Shown: positions 26,346-36,719, numbered from the stretch's first letter. The stretch: 64,000 nt of DNA from an archaeon (GCA_020057405.1 JAGVFW010000003.1:64001-128000), one strand, 5' to 3'. Notes: generated from the sequence alone by a model not told the origin. Numbers and translations: made by a program.

Positions 26346-26379
26346 AGGCAAATAAGCCCCCTTTGCACGAATTCTCATT

Positions 26380-27483
26380 ATGCCGAAGATAGCTTCCAAG
26401 AACATTAAGTGGGGTCTTGCCTTCGAACTCCTAGCCATGGGCCACTCTAGGGACGCAGCCGTCCAAGTTCTCCAGCAAGAGCATCATCCCTGGAATTCAC
26501 TTGAAGAAGTTCATCGCGCTTATTTTCCCACAGGCGGTTCGCTCAAGTCACCTAATCTTGAGGGCGCTTCGCGCGAGGAAATTCTTGCGGAAATGAAAAG
26601 AATTGGCGAGATAAGGCGCAAAGTGAGTGAGCGGATGAAGGCACTGAACGACGACCCGGACTTCGCGACAATGAGAAACGCGCGCATCGCGGCAGTGAAT
26701 GCCGACCTCGAACTGACTGAAAAACGCAAGAAGGCGCAGAAAGTGGCGCTTGCGGAAGTTACGAACAGTCCGGATATGGGAAGGCAAATATCGATAGGCC
26801 TGCGCAAAAAAATTGCTGAAGACCCCGAATTTGCGCAGAGGCTTTCTCAAAACGGTTCTGCGGTCCTTAACGCGCTTTGGGACAACGACGACTTTCGGGC
26901 ACTGGCTTCCAAAAAGTCAAGCGCTTTTTTCACTCAACTTAACCAGGAGCCGTCTTTCGCTGCAAAGAGGGACGCCAAGATTGAGGGCGTAAACAAGCGG
27001 CGAAAAGAGAACCCGGCTTTCGGGAGGAGGTGGCTTAACGCGCTCAGGGCAGCGAAAACTAAAAAAACCAAGGCTGCAGCGATAAGAGGGTTTTTGGAAG
27101 GGCAAGACAGCACTTCCTCGGATTTCGAGCAAACTCCCGTAGATGCCAACACCCCAGAAAGCCATTTGATGACAAAACTCATGGCGGAAGAACTCATCAA
27201 AGCATTAGCCGCCCTTGAGCCGCAAGAGCGTCACGCGGTCAACGAGGAGTTCGAGCTTGGGATTGACTTGCCTAAAGCGCAATTCACTGACGACGAAAGG
27301 CAAAAACACGTCGCTAGCGCGCTTAAGAAAATGCGCGACCACTTCACCGACATCGACCTCCACGACTACCGGCCAGAGCCACAATGGCAGCCGAACACCA
27401 AGCGCTCGAAGGTAATAGACATCGAACTTCCAAGCGCCCTTGGCAGGCTGACCAAGGATACGCGCAAGAACCGCAAGCGCTAA
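26380..27483 (+). CDS. Hypothetical basic protein with DPEF-type helical repeats and a sigma70 region 4-like C-terminus
   Basis: DPDF/DPEF/DDF/EPSF/NPAF repeats; TPESHL...EELIKALAALEPQERHAV...ALKKMR. Confidence 0.65.
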   Translation: MPKIASKNIKWGLAFELLAMGHSRDAAVQVLQQEHHPWNSLEEVHRAYFPTGGSLKSPNLEGASREEILAEMKRIGEIRRKVSERMKALNDDPDFATMRNARIAAVNADLELTEKRKKAQKVALAEVTNSPDMGRQISIGLRKKIAEDPEFAQRLSQNGSAVLNALWDNDDFRALASKKSSAFFTQLNQEPSFAAKRDAKIEGVNKRRKENPAFGRRWLNALRAAKTKKTKAAAIRGFLEGQDSTSSDFEQTPVDANTPESHLMTKLMAEELIKALAALEPQERHAVNEEFELGIDLPKAQFTDDERQKHVASALKKMRDHFTDIDLHDYRPEPQWQPNTKRSKVIDIELPSALGRLTKDTRKNRKR

Positions 27484-27524
27484 CCCACCGCTTGTTTTAA
27501 ATATTACGGCTTCGAACTTTGTGC

Positions 27525-30500
27525 ATGGATAGGGGAGGGCTTGCACGCACTTACGTGCGCGGGGTAAAAAAAGCTCTTAAGGAAATTTACGAGGCCGGAG
27601 AGGAGGGCTTCTTCGGCCTGGCGGACGACTTCGAGGGCCGCGACGTTCCCGTCTACGAAAAATACATCAACCCCCTAGAGAAGCGCGGCGTGCCGAGCTT
27701 CCCGTTTACTACTGGCGTTTCCGGCATCGTCATGGTGATGGTGGGCCTGTTCCTCTACTCTCTTTTGGTTTCGCCCAACACTACGGTTGTCGAGTTCCGC
27801 GTGGTTGACACGCAAAACCATCCCATTGACGGGGCGCTCGTGCAGATTAACGACGCGTTCTCAAAGAAAGTCGAGACTTACTCTTACACTATTTCAGGCG
27901 GCAAGCTCTTGTTCAATCAAGTGCCTGCAGGAAAAGCGCTGACGTATGCGGCTTACAAGCCCGGATACGAGAGAAAGAGCGCGTCCATTGGCGGTAGCGA
28001 GCGGCTGATTACTATAGTAATGCGGTGTGTGAGCGGCGACTGCGGCACAAAGGCGCCCGCACTTCTTTTCTCGAACTTGAATGTCTGCGCTGACGGGACG
28101 CCAATCGGCGAGTGCAGCGTGACGCGGCGGCCCCTTAGGTGCAAGAATGGCGTGATGGTTCCCGATGCAAGCTGCGGGTGCGACGCTGGCTTTACATTCA
28201 AGGACGGCACGTGCGTTCCCGACAACGGATGCGGGTACTTCTGCCCCGACGGCACGCTCATCGGCTCGTGCTCGGCAAGCAAGCCGCTTGAATGCAATTC
28301 AGACCTGACCCTAACGACTAATGCGCAAAAGTGCGGCTGCCCGCCCGGATTCTTTGCCCAAGGCAACGTCTGTAAGCCCGAACGCACGACCACCGACTGC
28401 CCTGGCGGCGTTCCCCGCCTTGCGTGCAGTCCCAGCCAGCCATTTTACTGCAACCGCGACGGCAAGGTCGAGACTCGCGGAGACTTGTGCGGATGCCCCG
28501 AAGGGTTTACGCTTGATGGCACAAACTGCAAGGCTGACACGGGCGGGGGCGCAACTGAATGCGCAGACAACACCGCCAAGGGCCAGTGCAGCACTACGCG
28601 GCCGTTCTACTGCAATGACGCCCTTGAATTGGTTTCAAGGGAAAGCTGCGGGTGCGGCCCCAACTATCGTTACGCCAATGGCGTGTGCGAACCCCAGCAG
28701 CGGCCGACCGCCTGCAGTGATGGCACGGCTTTTGGCACCTGCTCGCGCAACAAGCCGTTTAGGTGTTCAGAGACGGGCGTGCTTGAGAACGCGGCGAGCA
28801 GCTGCGGATGCCCTGACGGTTTTGACTTGAATTCCGCCGACGACAGCTGCAAGCGGCGCGAAGGGACATACTTCTGCACGGATGGCACGCAGTCGACGAA
28901 GTGCTCCGCAGACAAGCTGTTCGTTTGCGATGCGACCTGCACTCTAAAGTACGCTCCGACCAGTTGTAGTTGCACGCCAAACCTGGCGATATTGTCGTGG
29001 CACCCGACTTTCGCGTGGCAGACTCTGACAATAAAGACCGACAGGGGCACCCTCGTCGTCACAATGCCGCCAGTAAATCCCGGCAAGCCGACCGAGTGGC
29101 CGGTGATTCTTTACGTGGCCCAAGACGGCACGCTTTACTACGGCGATGACGCACACGATGGCACCGGCAACCGATTGAACTTCGAGCAGGCCGCATCTAT
29201 CGCGCATAGGGTTGACCCAAGCAAGGCAATCAACAGCGCTGCTTTCGTGCTAACTGCTGTAACAGGCATGGTCTCAACTCGCGGCGATGTCTCAAGCGAC
29301 TTGCGCCAGGGCGAGATTTACGCAGCCTGGGGAATTAACGCCAAGAGCGGCTCGCGCGAACTGCCCGGCAACCACTTTGGCTACCTTGACCGGTTCAACA
29401 AATTTGTTTTGCAGGCCTGCACTGACAACTCTTGTTCAGTCAGGTCGGGAAGCCAATGTGGAGGCGGCGGTGGAGGCACCCCAACGCCCACTCCGGGAGG
29501 CATCACTCCGACACCCACGTCAACCCCGACGCCTACGCCCACTCCAGGCGGGCCTTACTGCGGTGACGGCATTTGCCAAGCTCCCGCCAACGACGCGCAG
29601 GGCACGTATGCTGAAACTTGCTTGCTTTGCCCGATGGACTGCGGCGTTTGCCCGCCTGAAGACAACACTGGCGACGTCGAGGCGCGGGTTAGCGAGTGCG
29701 GAAGCGGCCAGCCTATTGCTATTCCCAACGCGGTTGTTGTTGCCGGCGGAGTGCGCGGCGTGACGGACTCGGTGGGCCGCGTGCTGCTTACCCAAGTGCC
29801 CGCAGGCATCGGCAAGCCCGTTGACTCGTTCAAGGACACTTACTTGGCTTACCAGGGCAGCGTTGATGTGCCCCTTGGAGGCATTGCGCATGCGAACTTG
29901 TGCCTTAGGGCGAACACTGCGCCCACCCCGTTGACTGGAAGCGTGCAGGCTACAATCACATCCTGCAAAACGCAGCAGCCAATCCCGCTTGCAAGAGTGT
30001 TTGCTGGAGGAATCGGAGGAGAAACTGACTCTAGTGGAAGCGTGCTTTTAGCGCGCGTGCCAGTCGGAACGCAGCCCTTCGACGCTTTTGCCAATAGTTA
30101 CAAAGCTTACAAAGGACAAGTAACTGTGTTTTCGAACCAAGTGGCTTCGGCCCGCGCCTGCCTCGAAGAAACTGGCGGCGGCAGCACTCTTCTTGCTGGC
30201 GACTGCAGCTCGCCTGGCTTGATGGTGTATTCTTACGCCCCGCAGCCTGTTGCGCAGACTCTTGGTGTTGAGACCGAGTCAGGCGTAGTGGCAATTGCAT
30301 TGCCCGCTTTCTCGCCCGCAAGCGCCGAGCGTCCGATTGCGTTCTACATTGACTCTCAAGGAAAAGCGTATTTTGCCGACTCCAAGCACGACGGCACTGG
30401 CGCGAGGCTGACTTTCGAACAGGCGACTGCAGTCATGGGCTCTGTTGGAGGCGGCGGGAAGGCCGTGCCATTGACGTCCCAGTTTGCCTATGAGGTTGAG

Positions 30501-30842
30501 ACCACGCGCGGCGACTTGTCGGGCTCGACGCAAAGCCCCGTGCTCTACCTGGGCTGGGGTTACTCGACGACAAGCGGCTCGGACAAGTATCCTGCAAACG
30601 CGTTTGGTTACGTCAGCGCAAGTGGTGCTTTTGTTCCAGCAGGCTGCCGGGTTAACGACTGGCAAGTGTGCAGGTTTGGCAGGCCAATGGCACCAGAAGT
30701 TGTGCAAAACACTTGCGCAAACAAGGCAAGTGCATTCACTTCCTACCCATCCGGTTCGGCAGGAGCAAACATCGGTGCGCCAAGCGTGCCTGACAAGTGC
30801 ACCGACGGCACGCTCCCAGGCCAATGCAGTGTGGCAAAATGA
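27525..30842 (+). CDS. Large Cys-rich membrane-anchored surface protein (carboxypeptidase-regulatory-like domains, CxDGT repeats)
   Basis: TM helix near the N-terminus; repeated CxDGTxxGxCS...CGCP units; CGDGIC; PT linker. Confidence 0.75.
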   Translation: MDRGGLARTYVRGVKKALKEIYEAGEEGFFGLADDFEGRDVPVYEKYINPLEKRGVPSFPFTTGVSGIVMVMVGLFLYSLLVSPNTTVVEFRVVDTQNHPIDGALVQINDAFSKKVETYSYTISGGKLLFNQVPAGKALTYAAYKPGYERKSASIGGSERLITIVMRCVSGDCGTKAPALLFSNLNVCADGTPIGECSVTRRPLRCKNGVMVPDASCGCDAGFTFKDGTCVPDNGCGYFCPDGTLIGSCSASKPLECNSDLTLTTNAQKCGCPPGFFAQGNVCKPERTTTDCPGGVPRLACSPSQPFYCNRDGKVETRGDLCGCPEGFTLDGTNCKADTGGGATECADNTAKGQCSTTRPFYCNDALELVSRESCGCGPNYRYANGVCEPQQRPTACSDGTAFGTCSRNKPFRCSETGVLENAASSCGCPDGFDLNSADDSCKRREGTYFCTDGTQSTKCSADKLFVCDATCTLKYAPTSCSCTPNLAILSWHPTFAWQTLTIKTDRGTLVVTMPPVNPGKPTEWPVILYVAQDGTLYYGDDAHDGTGNRLNFEQAASIAHRVDPSKAINSAAFVLTAVTGMVSTRGDVSSDLRQGEIYAAWGINAKSGSRELPGNHFGYLDRFNKFVLQACTDNSCSVRSGSQCGGGGGGTPTPTPGGITPTPTSTPTPTPTPGGPYCGDGICQAPANDAQGTYAETCLLCPMDCGVCPPEDNTGDVEARVSECGSGQPIAIPNAVVVAGGVRGVTDSVGRVLLTQVPAGIGKPVDSFKDTYLAYQGSVDVPLGGIAHANLCLRANTAPTPLTGSVQATITSCKTQQPIPLARVFAGGIGGETDSSGSVLLARVPVGTQPFDAFANSYKAYKGQVTVFSNQVASARACLEETGGGSTLLAGDCSSPGLMVYSYAPQPVAQTLGVETESGVVAIALPAFSPASAERPIAFYIDSQGKAYFADSKHDGTGARLTFEQATAVMGSVGGGGKAVPLTSQFAYEVETTRGDLSGSTQSPVLYLGWGYSTTSGSDKYPANAFGYVSASGAFVPAGCRVNDWQVCRFGRPMAPEVVQNTCANKASAFTSYPSGSAGANIGAPSVPDKCTDGTLPGQCSVAK

Positions 30843-33800
30843 AGACTAAAATACAGGCAATTGTAGTAATCGCGGCAATGTTGCTGATTTTGACAGCTGG
30901 AGGCATCAACGCGGCCACGCCAACCCCAACCGGCCAGCCTACGGTCACCCCGACAGCCTGCGAATTGTGCCAAATCGAAGGCGGCCCCTGCCCTACAGAC
31001 TGTCCGGGCGGATCGCCGGGCCCAAGCCCCACGCCAATTGACTGCTTATTGTGCGAGACCATCCAAGGCAACGTAGCGTTGCCCTATTACTGTTACTTGA
31101 CCCCACCAGACGGGTGTGGATTGCCGACTCCAACGCCTTCAGGCACGCCCACCCCGACGCCGCTTGGCACGCCCACTCCAACTCCGGGCTGGTGCGGTGA
31201 CGGCATTTGCCAAGGCGGTGGCGGAGGGTTTGGCTCGCCTACGCCCATCGGGGTGATTGACGTCATTACCGCAAAGGGCGGATTCATGTCATTTCTTCCA
31301 GTCAAGGACATTGGCCTAGGCAACGGCGGGAGCGGCGGTTACTCTGAAACGTGTTCCTCGTGTGCAGTTGACTGCGGCGTGTGCCCGACGCCTTCACCAA
31401 CGCCATACGGCTTCTGCGGCGACGGCATTTGCGGAGCAACTGAAAACTGCATGCAGTGCACCCGCGACTGCGGTGCGTGCCCGACTCCCTCGCCCACTCC
31501 AACAACCGTTCCGTGCAACTGCTTCTGCGTTCCAAACCCGACTCCAACGCCTGGGCCGCAGAGCAACGCCTGCGCTGTTCGACCGCAGCTCGTTGACTTC
31601 ACCGCCTGCAAGCTTCAGTTGGGCGACATTTCTGGCCCCTCGCCATCATCCTGCCAGTCTGACCTGACTGTTCGCGTCTGCGACGCCACCGGTTTGCCGC
31701 TTGGCGGCAAGGTATCTGTTTTTGATGGCGTGTCGGACTTAAACTCCGGCTTGCGCATTCAAACGCTTACGCGAAACCGCGGGCGCACTTCGGCAACTGC
31801 AAAAGGAGGCACGCTGGCGCTTGACATTACAACCGGCACGGACGAACTGGTGCCGCCACTTGTCGTAAAGGCGTGGTGCGGCGACGGCAAGGCATTCGAG
31901 TGGCGCACGCCAGAGTTTAACCGCGGAGTCTCGGTCGGCATTGAGCCGAGCGACTTGCTGTTATACGCTTCAAGCGACGGCTCGACTTACTTTGCGACCA
32001 AGGACGGCAAGACAATCAGTTTTGCGGCTGCTGCAGTGCCCGCAAACTTGGCTGCCAAGAAACCGGCGTCACTGGGAGACTTGTCTGTTGAGATTGCCGA
32101 CCCGTTCCTCGTTGGCAACGGCGATGCGCTAAAGGAGCCGGGCATTGGCGTGCCTTTTGTCGCGCGTGTGCTGCTGGTTAACCGCGGCACCGAGTCATTG
32201 GGCCCCGCGTTTAGCCTGCACGCCTACGTTGACGGGGTGCAAGTGTATTCCGCCACAATCGAGCGCACTCTGGCGCCCCGCGAGTCTTTTGCTTATGAAA
32301 TTCCACTCACGTCCAACAAGTTCGGACAGCAGCAGGTTGCGGTCGAGGCCGGCGACCTGCAGGGAACTACGGGCTGCGGGTTTAGCGAAGTTACGCTTTA
32401 CAACAATAAGCTTACTGAAACAGTCACCGTCGCCACCGACCCCGTGGCGGATACTGAAGGAAGGCCGATTGTCAAGTGCGATGACGGCACCGTAGTCGGC
32501 AGCTGCAGTAGCCAAACGCCGGACAAGTATTGTGCCCTCGCGCCACTCCTGACGCCCCAGGGAAGCACGCCCGGCTGGGTGTCCGCCGACGGCAAGGCGC
32601 CTGGCACGGTCAATGACGATTATTCTGGCACTTCGTGCGCGGGCTTGAGTTCTCCGACAACTCAAAAGTGCTTCGGCGGCGCGAAAAACGCGCTTTCGGG
32701 CACCGCAACCTACTCGGGCCTCGTGCGCGTGTTTAATGGCGAGGACATCACATTTACCATCGAGCCCGACGACGACGGCGTGCTTTACTTTGACGGCGAG
32801 GCTTTCTTGGCCGCCCACTATGAAGTGCAGGGAGACGGAACGCCTAGGAGAAAGACGGCAACTGCAACGCGTTTTGTCACCGCCGGCCTCCACTCGATCC
32901 AATTTAGCACAACTAACATCGAACCCCCTGATGTCGGCGGATTCATTTACTGGAAGGGCGAGTCGTTCCCGGAGCAGGAAATTTCGCCCGCGGTCTTTCT
33001 AGAGTGCAATGGCGGGACCGGCAGCGACTGCCATGATGTCCCGAGGCTCTTGCCAATGCCGCCTAACGGCTGCACTTGGGTTGAAAAATCAATATGCCCC
33101 GCGGGCAGTTACTCTTGGAACTGGGAGCTTCAGTGCCGCCGCGAGACTTGCGCGCGCGTTGGCGGCTCTTTAATCGGCTGCGAGTGCAGCGACGGGACTC
33201 CCGCAAGCGAGTGCAGCCTTGACTCGCGTGGACTCATTTGCGCATTTACTGGTTCTAACAACAACCTAGTCGGCGGCGGTAGCGTCACCCTCAAGCAGGA
33301 TGACCGCTGCGCTGTTGGCGGCGGGACCTGCACCGAAGGCTGGACTGACAAGACGGGCACGCAAACGGGCCTTATTGAATTTACTTACCACGAGCCCTAC
33401 CTCGACACTTACGGCCAGGGCACGATAACACACACTGGCACTTCGCCTCGCCTCGAGTTTGATGGGAAAGCAAGCGATTACAGCGCAACGGGCTATCTTA
33501 AGGTTATCCAGCCGCGCGTGGTCGCGTTCAAGTTGTCTTCGCAGGAGCACGCGAAGTTCTTCATCAACGGCAGGCTTGTCTTTGAGAAGAAGCAATGCCG
33601 AGGCGCGCTAAACTGCCCGCCGGCTGTTGTCGTCTCCCGCTTCCTTGACGCTAATGTCTACCGCGTGAATGTTGATGTTGTTGATGAAGCTTCAAGCGGC
33701 GGCAATGGCCACGTTGGAGTCAAGCTCGAATGGCAGGCCAAGCCGCCCGAAGGCACCTGCACTTCGGGCCTGCCGTTTGAACCAATCGGCCCGTCAAACT

Positions 33801-34237
33801 GCGGTGGCCCGACGCCGACTCCCACTCCAAGCATCACGCCAACCCCGACTCCCACACCGACAATCACCCCGACGCCACCGCCACAGTGCAACGATGACAG
33901 CCAATGCCAGCCGCCTGACAAGTGCACGCCAATCTGCGTGAGGCAAGGCAATGTCATCGTGTGCTACGGCGTTTGCGAACCGCCGTGCGACGGGACTTGC
34001 AGGGACGGCTACGTCTGCATCGAACCCTCGCCGACTCCGACGCCAACCATCACGCCATTCCCAACGCCAAGCCCCACGCCAATAAACTGCGGCGCGTGCG
34101 AGGCTATCCAAGGCAACGCGGCCTTGCCCGGTTACTGCTACGTTGCGCCCCCAGACGGGTGTGGCTATCCGACGCCAACGCCCTACCCTACGGGAACACC
34201 TACTGCAACAGCTGACATCACGCCCCTTCCTGCTTAG
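30839..34237 (+). CDS. Large secreted Cys/PT-rich protein with CARDB-like and PA14-like domains
   Basis: Signal peptide MKTKIQAIVVIAAML; CGDGIC repeats; NRGT...NNKL Ig-like domain; DDDGVLYFDG PA14-like; ATGA overlap with the upstream gene. Confidence 0.75.
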   Translation: MKTKIQAIVVIAAMLLILTAGGINAATPTPTGQPTVTPTACELCQIEGGPCPTDCPGGSPGPSPTPIDCLLCETIQGNVALPYYCYLTPPDGCGLPTPTPSGTPTPTPLGTPTPTPGWCGDGICQGGGGGFGSPTPIGVIDVITAKGGFMSFLPVKDIGLGNGGSGGYSETCSSCAVDCGVCPTPSPTPYGFCGDGICGATENCMQCTRDCGACPTPSPTPTTVPCNCFCVPNPTPTPGPQSNACAVRPQLVDFTACKLQLGDISGPSPSSCQSDLTVRVCDATGLPLGGKVSVFDGVSDLNSGLRIQTLTRNRGRTSATAKGGTLALDITTGTDELVPPLVVKAWCGDGKAFEWRTPEFNRGVSVGIEPSDLLLYASSDGSTYFATKDGKTISFAAAAVPANLAAKKPASLGDLSVEIADPFLVGNGDALKEPGIGVPFVARVLLVNRGTESLGPAFSLHAYVDGVQVYSATIERTLAPRESFAYEIPLTSNKFGQQQVAVEAGDLQGTTGCGFSEVTLYNNKLTETVTVATDPVADTEGRPIVKCDDGTVVGSCSSQTPDKYCALAPLLTPQGSTPGWVSADGKAPGTVNDDYSGTSCAGLSSPTTQKCFGGAKNALSGTATYSGLVRVFNGEDITFTIEPDDDGVLYFDGEAFLAAHYEVQGDGTPRRKTATATRFVTAGLHSIQFSTTNIEPPDVGGFIYWKGESFPEQEISPAVFLECNGGTGSDCHDVPRLLPMPPNGCTWVEKSICPAGSYSWNWELQCRRETCARVGGSLIGCECSDGTPASECSLDSRGLICAFTGSNNNLVGGGSVTLKQDDRCAVGGGTCTEGWTDKTGTQTGLIEFTYHEPYLDTYGQGTITHTGTSPRLEFDGKASDYSATGYLKVIQPRVVAFKLSSQEHAKFFINGRLVFEKKQCRGALNCPPAVVVSRFLDANVYRVNVDVVDEASSGGNGHVGVKLEWQAKPPEGTCTSGLPFEPIGPSNCGGPTPTPTPSITPTPTPTPTITPTPPPQCNDDSQCQPPDKCTPICVRQGNVIVCYGVCEPPCDGTCRDGYVCIEPSPTPTPTITPFPTPSPTPINCGACEAIQGNAALPGYCYVAPPDGCGYPTPTPYPTGTPTATADITPLPA

Positions 34238-34249
34238 GAGATGTAAAAA

Positions 34250-35476
34250 ATGAACAACAAATTCATCGGAATCGCTGCAATTGCGCTAGTGCTTCTCGTC
34301 GTGGTCGCGCCACAGCAGGCAACGGCCAAGCCGGCAGTGTGCGGAGACCTCTTCTGCGACCCCGGAGAGTGCGGCGCGTGCCCTGGCGACTGCAACCCAG
34401 TGTTGTGCCCCAGCCCCACGCCTACTGCAACGCCCACTCCCTCGCCAACCATAAGCCCGACGCCTTCGGGCAGTCCCACTCCAACGCCAACCGGCACGCC
34501 CTTCCCGACACCTAGCCCGACTCCCGACATTTGCGTGCTTTGCCAAACGCAAGGATACGGCCTGCCGTGCCCGGGCTACTGCGGCGGCGGAGTTTGCGTG
34601 CCAATAGAGTGCAAGTTTAACTCCGACTGCCTGCCCGGCTGGGAGTGCCTGCAAATCTACAGCGTCCAGTGCCCGGTCGGCCTGCAGAACCGCTGCCCTA
34701 CAGGCAGAGTTTGCGTGCCCCCCGCCCCGACTCCAAGCCCCGTGCCAACTGCAACGCCAGTGCCTTCACCAACTCCTAGGCCCAAGCCTACTCCCACTAT
34801 AGCCCCAACTCCTTCAGTAGAGCCATTCTGCGGTGACGCAATCTGCTCTGCGGGCGAAAGCTGCGCCAGCTGCGCTACTGACTGCGGAAGGTGCTCGCAA
34901 AAAGACATTTGCGGCGACGGAATTTGCGGCCTTACTGAAGACCAGAAGACCTGCCCGGCCGACTGCGCGGGACCGACAATAACGCCGGGACCAAGCGCAA
35001 CGCCCGCGCCTACTCCAATATTCATCACTCCAGCGCCTACGGCAACGCCAATCGGAGGAGGCGGTACGACGCCCACTCCAACGCCGGTGCCAACTGCAAC
35101 GCCAATAGCAATCGGCTGCGGTGACGGCATCTGCTCGGCGACAATCGCAATCGACGGCGCAGTAGGCGGAATCAGCAGTTCCAAGGTCAGCGTTGGTGAA
35201 ACGTGTTCGAGCTGCCCGGCTGACTGCGGAGTGTGCGTGACTCCGGCGCCTACTGCAACTCCGACACCCCTGCCAACTGAGGTAATCGTTACTGCGGTCC
35301 CGATTGGCGGCTCGGTTCCAGTTATCACCCCGACGCCCGTACCGACTGCAACGCCCGCTGGAGGCATTGACGCGGCCCAGGGAGGCAACCAGGCGACGGG
35401 CTTCTCGCTTAACCGCGATGCTATAACGCCGTTCTTCCGCGCAATGGCCTGCCGATTCATCGGCTTAGGCTGCTAA
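34250..35476 (+). CDS. Secreted Cys/PT-rich protein with CGDxIC...CPxDC repeats
   Basis: Signal peptide; four CGD..C repeats separated by PTPTP linkers. Confidence 0.75.
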   Translation: MNNKFIGIAAIALVLLVVVAPQQATAKPAVCGDLFCDPGECGACPGDCNPVLCPSPTPTATPTPSPTISPTPSGSPTPTPTGTPFPTPSPTPDICVLCQTQGYGLPCPGYCGGGVCVPIECKFNSDCLPGWECLQIYSVQCPVGLQNRCPTGRVCVPPAPTPSPVPTATPVPSPTPRPKPTPTIAPTPSVEPFCGDAICSAGESCASCATDCGRCSQKDICGDGICGLTEDQKTCPADCAGPTITPGPSATPAPTPIFITPAPTATPIGGGGTTPTPTPVPTATPIAIGCGDGICSATIAIDGAVGGISSSKVSVGETCSSCPADCGVCVTPAPTATPTPLPTEVIVTAVPIGGSVPVITPTPVPTATPAGGIDAAQGGNQATGFSLNRDAITPFFRAMACRFIGLGC

Positions 35477-35492
35477 ACGAAGTGAAGAGCAA

Positions 35493-35618
35493 ATGGACCG
35501 GAAGAATGCGGGCTATGTTATCCTCCTAGTCGGCCTCGTGGCCGCGGTTGGAGTTCCGGACTACAGCATCATTGGGGCGGCTTTGATGGTCGCGGGCCTG
35601 CTTTTGGCTTTTAGTTAG
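35493..35618 (+). CDS. 41-aa two-helix membrane peptide (below the ORF-track cutoff)
   Basis: MDRKNAGYVILLVGLVAAVGVPDYSIIGAALMVAGLLLAFS*; fills the intergenic gap. Confidence 0.55.
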   Translation: MDRKNAGYVILLVGLVAAVGVPDYSIIGAALMVAGLLLAFS

Positions 35619-36559
35619 GGATTCTGGGGCGCAAGCCGGTTGATTGCCGCTGCGTTGCGGGCATAGTCAGCTCCGTTGACAAAGAGCCTCACGCCGTGGC
35701 TGCGCTCGATGTAGGCAGCCAGTTGGGCGGGCACGTCGTAGAGGCCCAGTTGCTCTCCCGCCATCGCGCTATTGGTACCCAAGAGGCGCTTGAACTCCTC
35801 TGCAGTAACCCGCTCGGAATAGTCGTTGCCAGACAAGCTATAAGACTCGACTGCGGGAGTGCCGTCCTCGTCACGGTACTGCACTTGAATCTCGTCCTTG
35901 ACCCGCACTATTTTCTCGACAGAACCACCCCGGCCGAAGATGCCTGAAAGCACTTCCTTTGCGGGCACTGCCTCGAGTCCCAACTGCCTGCCCGTCAATG
36001 AACTAGCGCCGTCAAGCACTTTTTTGAACTCTTCGGCGGTAAAGCGCTTGCTCTTGTCGGCGTCGGCCAAGTTTAGTTCGGTTACGCGGCCGTAGCCTTT
36101 GCTATCGAACCAATGAACGCGAATTGCGTTGCCCGCGTCGTCAACGCGGTTTAGCTTCCCGCCGCTTTTGACTAGCCCGTCGACCATCTTTTTGGCCGCG
36201 CCGCTTCCCCAATCGACTATTACCGGCTTTGGAACGGCAGGCGAACGCGAGTTTATCGCCTGCATTGCCTCCATGTCGCGGCCCCGGCTGCTCTTCTGCA
36301 GCTCGTTTCGAAGCAAGCGCAGGTACTCCTCGCTTGCGCGCTGTTGTTTTGACTTGAAGAGCCCGAATAACCAGCCCCTGCCGACTGACTCGTTAAGCAG
36401 CCGTCGGCTCTCGCGCTCCCACTCGCCGGAGTCCTTCCAAAGGGGGTTGGCACCTTCCTTGCGCTCGACTCCCATGCGCAAAAACTGCTCGGCCGCTGCG
36501 CGCTGGGCTTCGCTTTTGAAAAGCACGAGGCTGCGCGCTGCGTCGAAGAACCGCTTCAC
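35615..36559 (-). CDS. Hypothetical protein with internal duplications
   Basis: Two GG...TAEEFK...G.QLGL units and two LFKS..QRA..E..LR units. Confidence 0.7.
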   Translation of the reverse strand: MKRFFDAARSLVLFKSEAQRAAAEQFLRMGVERKEGANPLWKDSGEWERESRRLLNESVGRGWLFGLFKSKQQRASEEYLRLLRNELQKSSRGRDMEAMQAINSRSPAVPKPVIVDWGSGAAKKMVDGLVKSGGKLNRVDDAGNAIRVHWFDSKGYGRVTELNLADADKSKRFTAEEFKKVLDGASSLTGRQLGLEAVPAKEVLSGIFGRGGSVEKIVRVKDEIQVQYRDEDGTPAVESYSLSGNDYSERVTAEEFKRLLGTNSAMAGEQLGLYDVPAQLAAYIERSHGVRLFVNGADYARNAAAINRLAPQNP

Positions 36560-36590
36560 AAATTGCTTAGCGCGAGGGTGTTAAAAAAAG

Positions 36591-36719
36591 CGCCGGGAGG
36601 GAGATTCGAACTCCCGCACCCGTGAGGGAACTGGTTGGCCCGTGTTGAAAGCCGAAGGCCCATAAGTAGGGCGTTAGGCTATTTCGAGACCAGCGCGATA
36701 ACCACTCTGCCATCCCGGC
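36591..36719 (-). tRNA. tRNA-Ser(CGA) with canonical-position intron (about 46 nt)
   Basis: GCCGGGA/TCCCGGC acceptor stem, CTGGT-CT-CGA-A[intron]A-ACCAG, long variable arm, GGGAG-TTCGAAT-CTCCC. Confidence 0.92.
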
